A stretch of DNA of 64,000 nucleotides from a virus (lineage: Duplodnaviria > Caudoviricetes). The stretch covers positions 1 to 64,000 of IMG/VR virus record IMGVR_UViG_3300029288_000071; one strand, 5' to 3'. Each line of letters starts with the position of its first letter. Positions within the stretch are counted from its first letter, which is position 1. The notes beneath the pieces were generated by a model. That model was not told where the DNA came from. It ran no database searches and saw only the letters and a program-made list of their open reading frames with translations. The translations under genes and the position numbers were made by a program. Of this stretch, positions 30,367-38,674 are shown in pieces.

Positions 30367-30450
30367 AAAAAGAAGGGCACCGTTAGACTCCGGAGGGGAA
30401 GTCTAACTTTGGATCCGTTCGGGCGATTGATTTTTTGGTGCCCTTCAAAA
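30367..30450 (-). terminator. Terminator-closed structured element with a CCCUCC loop
   Basis: GAAGGGCACC/GGTGCCCTTC stem plus T-run; inner GTTAGACT/AGTCTAAC hairpin. Confidence 0.6.
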
Positions 30451-30491
30451 ATAGAGTTATGAGCTTAAGCTGGATTCTATAGTAGAGAATT

Positions 30492-31088
30492 TTAAGCATT
30501 TTTATGAGTGATCGTTATTTCTGATTCTCCTTCAGGAGTTTTGCTAACTTCAACTTTAATTGAAGGATCTAAGTTCTCGACTTCTTTAGCAAACTTCTGT
30601 AAAGTAGATAAAGGAGCTCGACGTAAGTAATCTGCAAGAGCTTCAACTTGCTTTTCATTTTTTGATTTGTTGAAAAGAAGTGATTTGAGAAAATCGTTAA
30701 GTTTGGAAAGAGTATTACCGGGCTTGCCCTTGTATAAATTGTAAGTAGCTTTACCGGTTTTTAGATTGTTGTCAAGCATATCGAGTACATCTTCCCGGCC
30801 GATGATCTCAAGGTAATTAGCAATTCGATCTTTAAATTCGTATTTAGAATTTACATTTGCCCAAATTCGAATAGACATGTCTTTAGGCAATACTTCAGTA
30901 AGTAATTCAACTATACGCCCTTTAACAGCCGCAGTTACATACTTGTATGAATTGAAATACTGGATTATGTAAGCTTCTAGCTCGTTAAGTTCTTGAGCAT
31001 TGAATTTTGCAATTTCTTTTTTAGCTAATGCAAGATCCCATTTCATATATCGAAGATATTCTTCGTAGAATTTTTTGTAGTCTTTCAT
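30492..31088 (-). CDS. Stand-alone paralog of the AAA ATPase C-terminal domain
   Basis: YLRYMKW...YKYVT..VKGRIVEL...VLPK....RIW aligns with the C-terminus of 31842..33149. Confidence 0.75.
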   Translation of the reverse strand: MKDYKKFYEEYLRYMKWDLALAKKEIAKFNAQELNELEAYIIQYFNSYKYVTAAVKGRIVELLTEVLPKDMSIRIWANVNSKYEFKDRIANYLEIIGREDVLDMLDNNLKTGKATYNLYKGKPGNTLSKLNDFLKSLLFNKSKNEKQVEALADYLRRAPLSTLQKFAKEVENLDPSIKVEVSKTPEGESEITITHKNA

Positions 31089-31681
31089 TAGATTACCTTT
31101 CCATCAGGTGTTACATTGCGAAGCGAAGCTTTTGCCTGTGAAAGCATGTCTTGGACTTCTTTAGGAAGTTCATCAAAGTTTTCTGCTAATCCTTTTACAG
31201 TGCCGATTTCAATTGTTACTTTGAAGATCTCTTCAAATGCTTCATCTCCAAGAGCTTTCATTAGCTTTTTGATGATTTCATCAGAAATAGTTTTACCGGT
31301 GCGTTTTACTTCAAGTTTGCGAGATTCAACAAAGTGCTTTTCATAGTCTTTGTCGAGTTTGCGCAGGATGGGTTCTTGATCAGATGGAAGGTTAGAGAAT
31401 TTGTCCTGGAAAATTATCATGCATCCATCGGTCTTTTCACCTTCACACATGATAGAAGAAGCATATTGATGATTTGTTCGGGCTTTATTATAAACTTTAC
31501 GAGCTTCATCAATAAGAGCTCCTTCAGTCGAATCGTATTGAGCTTTAAGATCTTCCAATTCTTTCTTCATACCGACTGTTTGGTCAACTAAAGATTTCAT
31601 ATTGGAAAGATTGGGCTTATCGGATTTCTTCGAAGATGAAGAAGCAATTTTCTGTAGTTTTTTGCTTAATTCTGAAGCCAT
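31088..31681 (-). CDS. Hypothetical protein
   Basis: AAGGAG SD; first gene after promoter. Confidence 0.7.
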   Translation of the reverse strand: MASELSKKLQKIASSSSKKSDKPNLSNMKSLVDQTVGMKKELEDLKAQYDSTEGALIDEARKVYNKARTNHQYASSIMCEGEKTDGCMIIFQDKFSNLPSDQEPILRKLDKDYEKHFVESRKLEVKRTGKTISDEIIKKLMKALGDEAFEEIFKVTIEIGTVKGLAENFDELPKEVQDMLSQAKASLRNVTPDGKVI

Positions 31682-31717
31682 TGTATACTCCTTAAGTTTT
31701 AATTTATTTGATAGTAT

Positions 31718-31746
31718 AATCTAATACTTAACAACTTAACAGTAAA
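31718..31746 (-). promoter_or_regulatory. Early promoter
   Basis: TTTACT-GTTAAGTTGTTAAGTAT-TAGATT. Confidence 0.8.
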
Positions 31747-31760
31747 TAGGCTATAGAAAT

Positions 31761-31808
31761 AAAAAGGGAGGAACAGTTGGAAAATAGCAAACTTAACTGT
31801 CCTCCCTC
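31761..31808 (-). terminator. Terminator after the AAA ATPase
   Basis: AGGGAGGACAGTT/AACTGTTCCTCCCT plus T-run. Confidence 0.7.
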
Positions 31809-31841
31809 GGAGTAACCGTCACTCGGCCATGAGCAACGATA

Positions 31842-33149
31842 CTAGGGCTTAACTGGGACTTTTGAACCGCTACTCAAATTCTCAAATTGATCAAAGTAAT
31901 TAGCTTTACCATCATTTCTGAGTTGTTCTTTCATCTTATTTCTGAACTGGTATAGATCACTTACATTATTCCAAATTCGAGCAAATGTCTCTTTAGGAAG
32001 AACATGTTCAACCAATTCAATTACTCTCTGTTTAGTTGACTTTGTGATATATTTGTAAGTACCAAGTTGCTTGGTTAAAAGCTGCTCAAGTGTAGCTAAT
32101 TCTGAAGCATTCATTTTATCAACTTCAGCTTTAGCAACTTCTTTACTCCATCTCATATAGCGAATATAATTTTCAAAGAGTTCGCTAGCTTTACCGGCCT
32201 CAGTTGACATTGCTGCTTCTTTCTTAGCCTGAGTGCTTTTCATCTTCACGGTGCAAAGTCTGAATATTTCTGCAGCATCACCACCAACAAATGTTGCAGC
32301 ACAATCTCTCATTTCTGATTCAGTAAATTTCTCTCTATTTTTAACAAAAAACTTCGAAAAATGATGCCAAGATCTACGATTAGGATGGGGTTGATTTAAG
32401 AACTCTAAATCAGATTTCTTTGGAGGATCAGCTAAATTCTTTTGAGTAGAGATAGTATGAATCAACTCTTCACAAAGCTCTCCACTCTTCTTTCCCCATT
32501 GTAACCATTCATCAACTGTAGGACAATACTTTACGGTTTTGAATCTACTACGAAATGCAGGATCTCCTTCGGTGATAGTATAGATTTCCATATTGTCATT
32601 GCAAGCAGCAAAGATAAAGCAACGAGGATGAACTTTACTACCATTCATTCTCCGATCATATACTAATTCGAACATAGCCTGTTGGACATCTTTAGTGCCC
32701 CTGTTATATTCATCCGCAAAGAAGCAAATGAACTTATAAGGTTGACCAATTTTGTCCTTAGAGCGAATCTTCGCTAACATATCATTCTCATCTCCCATAA
32801 CCCCTAATTGAGAAAGATCTTTAACGAAAGCATTGCGAATCAAATCAGGCTTAATGTGCTGGAATCTCTTATCTATTACTAGATCTTTAGTAGCTTCTTT
32901 AACTTCATTAGAAACTGCAGGAATATCTACTATAGCAGGCATTCCCAAAATATCTCCAAGATCTCTTTGCCCTAATCTTAAGTCAATAAGAAATCCATCT
33001 TGTAATAAGCAAACTTCGGTAACAATTGCAGATTTACCAATCCCATGAGGACCTTCTATCATAAAACTGAAATCCTGTTCTTCAGGTGACAGGACATCTG
33101 CAAGGATGAATTTCAACAGGAGGGAATGATTCATATCATTGTTGGCCAT
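31842..33149 (-). CDS. MoxR/dynein-related AAA+ ATPase
   Basis: Walker A GPHGIGKS; DLRL....GD.LG.P; Walker B FFADEYNR; DPAFRSRF; P..RSW. Confidence 0.85.
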   Translation of the reverse strand: MANNDMNHSLLLKFILADVLSPEEQDFSFMIEGPHGIGKSAIVTEVCLLQDGFLIDLRLGQRDLGDILGMPAIVDIPAVSNEVKEATKDLVIDKRFQHIKPDLIRNAFVKDLSQLGVMGDENDMLAKIRSKDKIGQPYKFICFFADEYNRGTKDVQQAMFELVYDRRMNGSKVHPRCFIFAACNDNMEIYTITEGDPAFRSRFKTVKYCPTVDEWLQWGKKSGELCEELIHTISTQKNLADPPKKSDLEFLNQPHPNRRSWHHFSKFFVKNREKFTESEMRDCAATFVGGDAAEIFRLCTVKMKSTQAKKEAAMSTEAGKASELFENYIRYMRWSKEVAKAEVDKMNASELATLEQLLTKQLGTYKYITKSTKQRVIELVEHVLPKETFARIWNNVSDLYQFRNKMKEQLRNDGKANYFDQFENLSSGSKVPVKP

Positions 33150-33182
33150 CGTTAAGTTACTCCGTTAAGTTTAAATTAAATA

Positions 33183-33383
33183 TTAGTGTTCAATTGCTGA
33201 AAAACTGAATTCAGGAAACTTTGATTCCATGTGCTTCTGAAAATCCTTCTTACTTCTTCGTCTTATAATGCGATTATGTGTTTGTTTAGCTTTCTTTGAA
33301 TTTCTACCAGAACTGCAACAAGGACATTTGATACCACCAGGGCCGCAATGAGCTTTAGTTACTTCTTTCTTATATAGGGCCAT
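33183..33383 (-). CDS. Small basic Cys protein
   Basis: GPGGIKCPCC; first gene after promoter. Confidence 0.65.
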   Translation of the reverse strand: MALYKKEVTKAHCGPGGIKCPCCSSGRNSKKAKQTHNRIIRRRSKKDFQKHMESKFPEFSFSAIEH

Positions 33384-33412
33384 TTAAGTTACTCCTTCAA
33401 ATTGTTAAGTAT

Positions 33413-33441
33413 AATCTAAAACTTAATCAATTCAAAGTAAA
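33413..33441 (-). promoter_or_regulatory. Early promoter
   Basis: TTTACT-N17-TAGATT. Confidence 0.75.
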
Positions 33442-33893
33442 CATCTCACAGCAATTAATTACAGGACACTCAAATATACCCTAAATGCTAATTACAGTTT
33501 AGCAACCAATCGCATATCATGTATAGTGCTGTCAACTATTTACTTTGATCAAAATTTGATTAGATAGCTGAATTTGGTTTATAGAGACGAGAGTTGAGAC
33601 TAAGAAATGCTCTAGTAATTCGAATTGCGGGAGTTCTCGTAGTACGGTTTGATAATCAGCAACTTGTGTATGATCATGGAGAGATTGGAGAAAAAGAAAG
33701 TGCGGGAACTCCCTGAAAAATTTGAAAAAGCGATAGCGTAAGCGTTTGGTGCAGAAAACAACTAGAAATTTAATAGGGAGAAAGTGCAGTCAGCTAGACT
33801 TAGGCTTCTCAAGCAGAGGGCTGTCTTTCTGCGCATGACTTCTGTTAAGTAGTTAGCAGACAGAGAGCTGACTTCCGGAGATTTGGCTTCTCG

Positions 33894-34145
33894 TTAAGTA
33901 AGTTTTATCTTGTTATATCCCATCTTATACATGAGTGCTTCAATAGAATCATCATTTAACTTTTCAAATCGGTCTGCTCTGAATGGATAATGGATCCCTT
34001 CAATTCGGAGCATGATTCCATCACTTTCAATTGAATCTACTACTAATACTCGATTTTCTATTTCTTTGTAAGTAGTATTTTGTGATGAAGAAGCTTTACT
34101 GTTTATGCATTTAACAAGATTTCCAGGTTGAAGCATAATTTTCAT
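33894..34145 (-). CDS. SH3-like small protein with C-terminal GY tag
   Basis: PGNLVKCIN...FRADRF; ...IEALMYKMGY. Confidence 0.65.
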   Translation of the reverse strand: MKIMLQPGNLVKCINSKASSSQNTTYKEIENRVLVVDSIESDGIMLRIEGIHYPFRADRFEKLNDDSIEALMYKMGYNKIKLT

Positions 34146-34177
34146 TTTATTCAGTTCCTTATATAAATGTTAAGTAT

Positions 34178-34206
34178 AATCTAATACTTTATATAATAAA
34201 AGTAAA
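34178..34206 (-). promoter_or_regulatory. Early promoter
   Basis: TTTACT-N17-TAGATT. Confidence 0.7.
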
Positions 34207-34307
34207 TAGGAGACTGAAATATAAACAGAGTCAAAAGATGATTTTACCTAGAGGCGCGGTAAAACGCGCATTTTTGCTATCATGCCCCGCGGTAGAATAG
34301 ATAAGGG

Positions 34308-34535
34308 TTAGGCTTTTCGATGTATGTTGAATTCAGTAAAGATCTTATTTGCTGCGATACGCAGAGTATGTTTAACTGATTCATCAGGAGTTACTACTTT
34401 AAGCCAGTTATTTAGCCATTTTGCAAATTCAGCTGGAGTAAGAGGTTTTGATAGAGTTATACAGTCTGGACAGGGAGCATTTATACCTGAATAGTTATGT
34501 TTAGAGCATGTATAAACTGTTTGGTTATTGTTCAT
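34308..34535 (-). CDS. Hypothetical protein (C..H...CPDC)
   Basis: ORF track. Confidence 0.55.
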   Translation of the reverse strand: MNNNQTVYTCSKHNYSGINAPCPDCITLSKPLTPAEFAKWLNNWLKVVTPDESVKHTLRIAANKIFTEFNIHRKA

Positions 34536-34881
34536 TGATAAAATCAGTCAATTTTTTTATCTGGCTTCCGTCCAACTTTTTATTCGCCACGGTTCTTAAC
34601 AACATCGGGACACCTTCCATCGCTTTCAATTTTTTTGCGATATCGTTCGGCAGCATCTTGTTATCTAATGAGGCTTGATCCTTAAGCGCCTTTGCCGATT
34701 TAGTATCAAGTTCCAACGCCTCATTTATTGCATCTATGAGTTCCTCTTTTTGAGGAGGCAAGACAGACTCACGCTCAACTCTGGATAGATATGCGACATC
34801 AATATCGGATCGCAGGGCAAGTTCACGTAAAGTGATTTCCTTTTGAGTCCGAATATCTCGTAACATTTGACCGTATCCCAT
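34525..34881 (-). CDS. XRE-family HTH transcriptional regulator
   Basis: GQMLRDIR..KEITLRELA....IDVAYLSRVER; GC-richer than neighbours. Start moved to MGYGQ. Confidence 0.8.
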   Translation of the reverse strand: MGYGQMLRDIRTQKEITLRELALRSDIDVAYLSRVERESVLPPQKEELIDAINEALELDTKSAKALKDQASLDNKMLPNDIAKKLKAMEGVPMLLRTVANKKLDGSQIKKLTDFINEQ

Positions 34882-34958
34882 AACATTCTCCGTATATATG
34901 GTTGTTGTTGTAGTGTTACTACAACATAACAAATCCTTCCGAATATGTCAAGTGCTTT

Positions 34959-35552
34959 TTATTTCGTATTTCTTCGATGGCATCCATACAAAACAATAAT
35001 CTCCTCATCAATGACTTTTAATTGATAACATTCATTTAATGGCATCACTTGTAACAGAACTTTTCCTGTACTTGGTTTAGTTCCGTTCTCTCTAAAGTCT
35101 TCAGGTTCATAATTTTCATAACATCTAATTGCTTCTTCTTTAGTTTCTCTCCAGAAACCCCAAGCACCCACATTATCTACTTTAACAATTATAGCAAAAG
35201 AACCGATTGGTTTTGCTAAGTTATTTTCTACTAAGTGTTCAACTAAAAATTGGAACTGTATTTGTAACCTTTGTGTAGGTGTAGCTATTGATGTTATTGT
35301 ACCCATTTTATCCATTGTACCCATTTTATCCATTAAAGCATCAATTGTAGTAGTATCTTTATCAACTTCAATACAATCAGCTTTTTGGATTAGCATTATG
35401 CTAAATGAAGGGTTATTACTATTAATAACTTTCCAGCAATCTTGACCATCATGATTTATATGCTTATAAACTTGAAAGACTTGATTTATTTTATCTGCAT
35501 ACCAATAGCTAGACAGAGCTGATTTTATTATTTTTACAAATGTAGTTGCCAT
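34959..35552 (-). CDS. Hypothetical, probably fused, protein
   Basis: Internal IDALMDKMGTMDKMGT from an 18-nt tandem duplication at 35296-35331. Confidence 0.6.
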   Translation of the reverse strand: MATTFVKIIKSALSSYWYADKINQVFQVYKHINHDGQDCWKVINSNNPSFSIMLIQKADCIEVDKDTTTIDALMDKMGTMDKMGTITSIATPTQRLQIQFQFLVEHLVENNLAKPIGSFAIIVKVDNVGAWGFWRETKEEAIRCYENYEPEDFRENGTKPSTGKVLLQVMPLNECYQLKVIDEEIIVLYGCHRRNTK

Positions 35553-35641
35553 TTGTTTTCTTTTAATTTAAGATCAATTACATCTTTAGCTTTTGATTCT
35601 GCTTGAAGTTCTGTTTTATATCCTGTCATAGAAATTTTAAA

Positions 35642-35747
35642 TTAAACAGAGATTTATAATCTATTTATTGTGATTTTTATCGGCATAAGCCGCATTACAA
35701 TATCGGGAGTTTACAACATGTATATCATGTTTTCGTCCTCTGTTTAA
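35642..35747 (-). ncRNA. Structured repeat element, copy A (divergent)
   Basis: AAACAGAG/CTCTGTTT closing stem; GCGGC-TTAT-GCCG-ATAAAA. Strand inferred from flanking genes. Confidence 0.45.
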
Positions 35748-35765
35748 AGAATGTCTCTGTTATTC

Positions 35766-36320
35766 TTATACTGAAATACCTACTATCATAATTATCAGAA
35801 AAATCATGTAAGCAACAAAATGAGCCCATCTAACCATACTTAAATCCAAACTTGATCTATCACCATTGATAGCAATATTTGCTACTGCATATTCTCTTTT
35901 ACCCCATAATGAGAATCCTTCTCGTTTAACTACTATTCTATGATTAACACAGTTTCTATAAAAAACAAACATAAAATAAATAGTCCCAAATATAAATAGT
36001 GGTAAAAGGACTACTGCTCTTAGAGCTGTACCGCCCATGACTTTCCAAGCAATAATAAACATTGTAAATCTACCTGCTGGTGATTCACTAAATTTATTTA
36101 CTTCTTCATTAAGAGCAGATAAACCTTCTTTCATTGCTACTCCAACTTCTTTTCCAACACCAACCCAAGAACTTACTGATTGTTTACTCTGTTCAGATTG
36201 TGCTAAGGCTTTTTGCTGCTCTGTTAGTTGGGATTCTTTCAATGTGTATGTCTTTTCTTGTTGAGCAAAAAGACAATTAAAAAGCAATAATACACAAAAC
36301 AAAAATATTGTAGTTTTCAT
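35766..36320 (-). CDS. Signal-peptide membrane protein
   Basis: WVG.GKEVG.A...F..SP.G...M..IAWK; TM helices. Confidence 0.7.
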   Translation of the reverse strand: MKTTIFLFCVLLLFNCLFAQQEKTYTLKESQLTEQQKALAQSEQSKQSVSSWVGVGKEVGVAMKEGLSALNEEVNKFSESPAGRFTMFIIAWKVMGGTALRAVVLLPLFIFGTIYFMFVFYRNCVNHRIVVKREGFSLWGKREYAVANIAINGDRSSLDLSMVRWAHFVAYMIFLIIMIVGISV

Positions 36321-36335
36321 ATTTTAATCCTTTTT

Positions 36336-36689
36336 TTAATTATTTGTTTTTTCATCTAGAATTTCATACCCTATTTTGCGCATAATTTGTTGTATTAAAT
36401 CTAATTTTTTAACTTTAAATCCATTTACAAATTGATCAGATCCAATTTCTCCTGTAAATGTTTTAGCTTGTCCAACCCAATTATATGTTTTTCTCTGCTT
36501 TTCATCTTCTTCAGAAAAATAAAACCATTGATTTGTAGCTCTATTATTTTTGAAGCGTGTTGCACAAGCACAAACTTTAAGTTCTGTATAAGTTATTCCG
36601 TTTACGTTTTTGTCTGAAATATCTACAACATGATAAAGAAAAAATTGATTATCATGTATCTCTATAACAGAATTTAAAGTGACTGCCAT
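36336..36689 (-). CDS. Hypothetical protein with C-terminal GY tag
   Basis: ...IQQIMRKIGYEILDEK. Confidence 0.6.
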   Translation of the reverse strand: MAVTLNSVIEIHDNQFFLYHVVDISDKNVNGITYTELKVCACATRFKNNRATNQWFYFSEEDEKQRKTYNWVGQAKTFTGEIGSDQFVNGFKVKKLDLIQQIMRKIGYEILDEKTNN

Positions 36690-36691
36690 AC

Positions 36692-36973
36692 TTATTTAGT
36701 ATTTATAAGAGCTGCTTCTTTTGCTTTATGTTCTCTCCAAGCTATAAATCCACCTAATGTAGGAATATTACAGCCTTTGCGAACACATGCAGTATCTTTG
36801 TTAAGATCTGCTTCATATTCCGCGTATTGTGCTTCCCATACACTATCAGCATGAGTCATGGGCTTTTGTTCAGGTTGTGGAATAGATTGAGTAGAATGTC
36901 CAATCCAAAAGCTTATAATTATAACTGCAACAATAAATAAAGCAGTTAAAAGATTTTTTGTTAGTGTGTTCAT
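36692..36973 (-). CDS. Membrane-anchored protein
   Basis: N-terminal TM. Confidence 0.6.
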   Translation of the reverse strand: MNTLTKNLLTALFIVAVIIISFWIGHSTQSIPQPEQKPMTHADSVWEAQYAEYEADLNKDTACVRKGCNIPTLGGFIAWREHKAKEAALINTK

Positions 36974-37180
36974 GTTTTCTCCTGTTTTGTTGTTTCCATT
37001 GATCTTAACATCTCCATTGTGTTATTAAATTCTTGAAATGCATCAAGTAATGATCCACTTTTATTAACTTCTAAATACATTCCGAGCCATGTAAAAAATA
37101 CATGACTATCAGTTTGGTCAATTTTTTGAAGTAATGAATAATCAGTTTCTTCCATAATTTTTATATTTGATAGTTGAAAT

Positions 37181-37375
37181 TTACTTATCCCAACTGCTGT
37201 CAAAATGACCAAACAACAAAACCATACCACATATTAAAAAAGCAATAGAGAAACTTAACAGTCCAGCTGCTGATGCTTCTCTATGCCAAGTATCTGCAAC
37301 ATAGGCATAAATAATAGCAAATATTGTAGAAAGTGAAATTAAGATCCATCCACCAACTAAAGCTCTGTTTTTCAT
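37181..37375 (-). CDS. Two-TM protein
   Basis: Hydrophobic; GGAG SD. Confidence 0.6.
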   Translation of the reverse strand: MKNRALVGGWILISLSTIFAIIYAYVADTWHREASAAGLLSFSIAFLICGMVLLFGHFDSSWDK

Positions 37376-37398
37376 TTACTTTATCTCCATTAAGAATA

Positions 37399-37719
37399 TT
37401 ATTTCTTCATTTTTCTTTCCCATACTGATTTTTCTAATAAACTAATCTCTTTTTGTAAGTTAACAATTTCATAAGAATAATTTTTTATAGACTGATTAGC
37501 TTTTGCAATTTCTTTATATAAGCTATCTACTTTAGCTTTTTTAATTGCAATTTGTTTATCATCATTATCCCAAATAGTCTGAGTTTGAGAGTTTTTTATT
37601 TTAACTTTATCTTGAGAACCTGTTACTGTTTTTGTTTTATCTTGAGCTATAGCTACAATAATTCCAATAATGATAAAACATAAAAAAGGAACTAGAATTT
37701 TTATTAATGTATTTTTCAT
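37399..37719 (-). CDS. Exported coiled-coil protein
   Basis: Signal/TM followed by heptads. Confidence 0.6.
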   Translation of the reverse strand: MKNTLIKILVPFLCFIIIGIIVAIAQDKTKTVTGSQDKVKIKNSQTQTIWDNDDKQIAIKKAKVDSLYKEIAKANQSIKNYSYEIVNLQKEISLLEKSVWERKMKK

Positions 37720-37737
37720 TTTTTATACTCCACAACG

Positions 37738-38214
37738 TTAAATTAAATTTAAAACTTTTGTTAATTTTCTTTTACAAAAGTCATTTTCTGAAGCTTTACT
37801 AATAAGCTGTTTGATTTGTTTCTTTCTTAAATCTTTTTTAAACTGGTTGATCGATTTAGACATAGGAATGTCAAATTCAGAATAGTAGGATAATTTGGGA
37901 ATATCATTATCTGGAGAATTTCCCCATCTAAAACAATAAGAATCACACCTGCCAGGAACTACATATCTGTAAAAATAAATAGATCTTGTAGTTATTTTTA
38001 ATCCAAAATATTCTCCTCTCATACCAGGTGGAGTTCTTAACCACTTATTGTCATGAAATAAATCTTGTTCTTCTGGATGTATAATATTATCAATATAGCC
38101 CAAAATATCTTTTTCAATGCCTAAAGTTTGACAAACTCTATCATAACATTCAGCTTTAGCTCGAATTTCAACTTCTTTTTTTGTTAATTTTTTACCCATA
38201 ATTTTTACTTTCAA
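37738..38214 (-). CDS. Hypothetical protein
   Basis: ORF track. Confidence 0.6.
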   Translation of the reverse strand: MKVKIMGKKLTKKEVEIRAKAECYDRVCQTLGIEKDILGYIDNIIHPEEQDLFHDNKWLRTPPGMRGEYFGLKITTRSIYFYRYVVPGRCDSYCFRWGNSPDNDIPKLSYYSEFDIPMSKSINQFKKDLRKKQIKQLISKASENDFCKRKLTKVLNLI

Positions 38215-38218
38215 AAAT

Positions 38219-38278
38219 AAAAAGCGGAACAGTTAAGGGAATAAGGAGTAGTAGGAAACCCTCTTCCATTCCGCTTTC
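38219..38278 (-). terminator. Terminator with a large C/U-rich loop
   Basis: AAAGCGGAA/TTCCGCTTT plus T-run. Confidence 0.65.
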
Positions 38279-38320
38279 TCTAACTCATCTCCTGCTCATT
38301 TTCAGAAGATGTCAAAGAGT

Positions 38321-38674
38321 TTAGCCATTGATATCACCACTTACAGTATCAACATTACCAAGTATTTTATTTGCATTAACATCACCAGAAACTGTTTCAA
38401 CATCACCACTAACATCATTAGCTTTTACATCACCGGAAACAGTTTGAACATTGCCATCAACATCATGAACAATTACATCTCCACTTGCTGTATTTACTTT
38501 CTTAGCATTGCCAGTAATAGTAATAGTTTTGCAGGCATCTACATCTAGATTTTCAACATTACCTGAAATATTAATAATTAGATTTTCAAGTTGTGCTGAA
38601 ACTTCATTACCATCAACAATTACCTTGCCATTTTTTACAATAACATTATTTCCAGAAATATTAATACTAGTCAA
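38321..38674 (-). CDS. Beta-solenoid repeat protein (DUF4097-like)
   Basis: GNV.TVSGDV repeats. Confidence 0.7.
   Translation of the reverse strand: MTSINISGNNVIVKNGKVIVDGNEVSAQLENLIINISGNVENLDVDACKTITITGNAKKVNTASGDVIVHDVDGNVQTVSGDVKANDVSGDVETVSGDVNANKILGNVDTVSGDING

Noticed and set aside
33450-33893. tmRNA or tRNA in the non-coding tract
   Set aside because: No tRNA-like acceptor/T-arm ends found on either strand.
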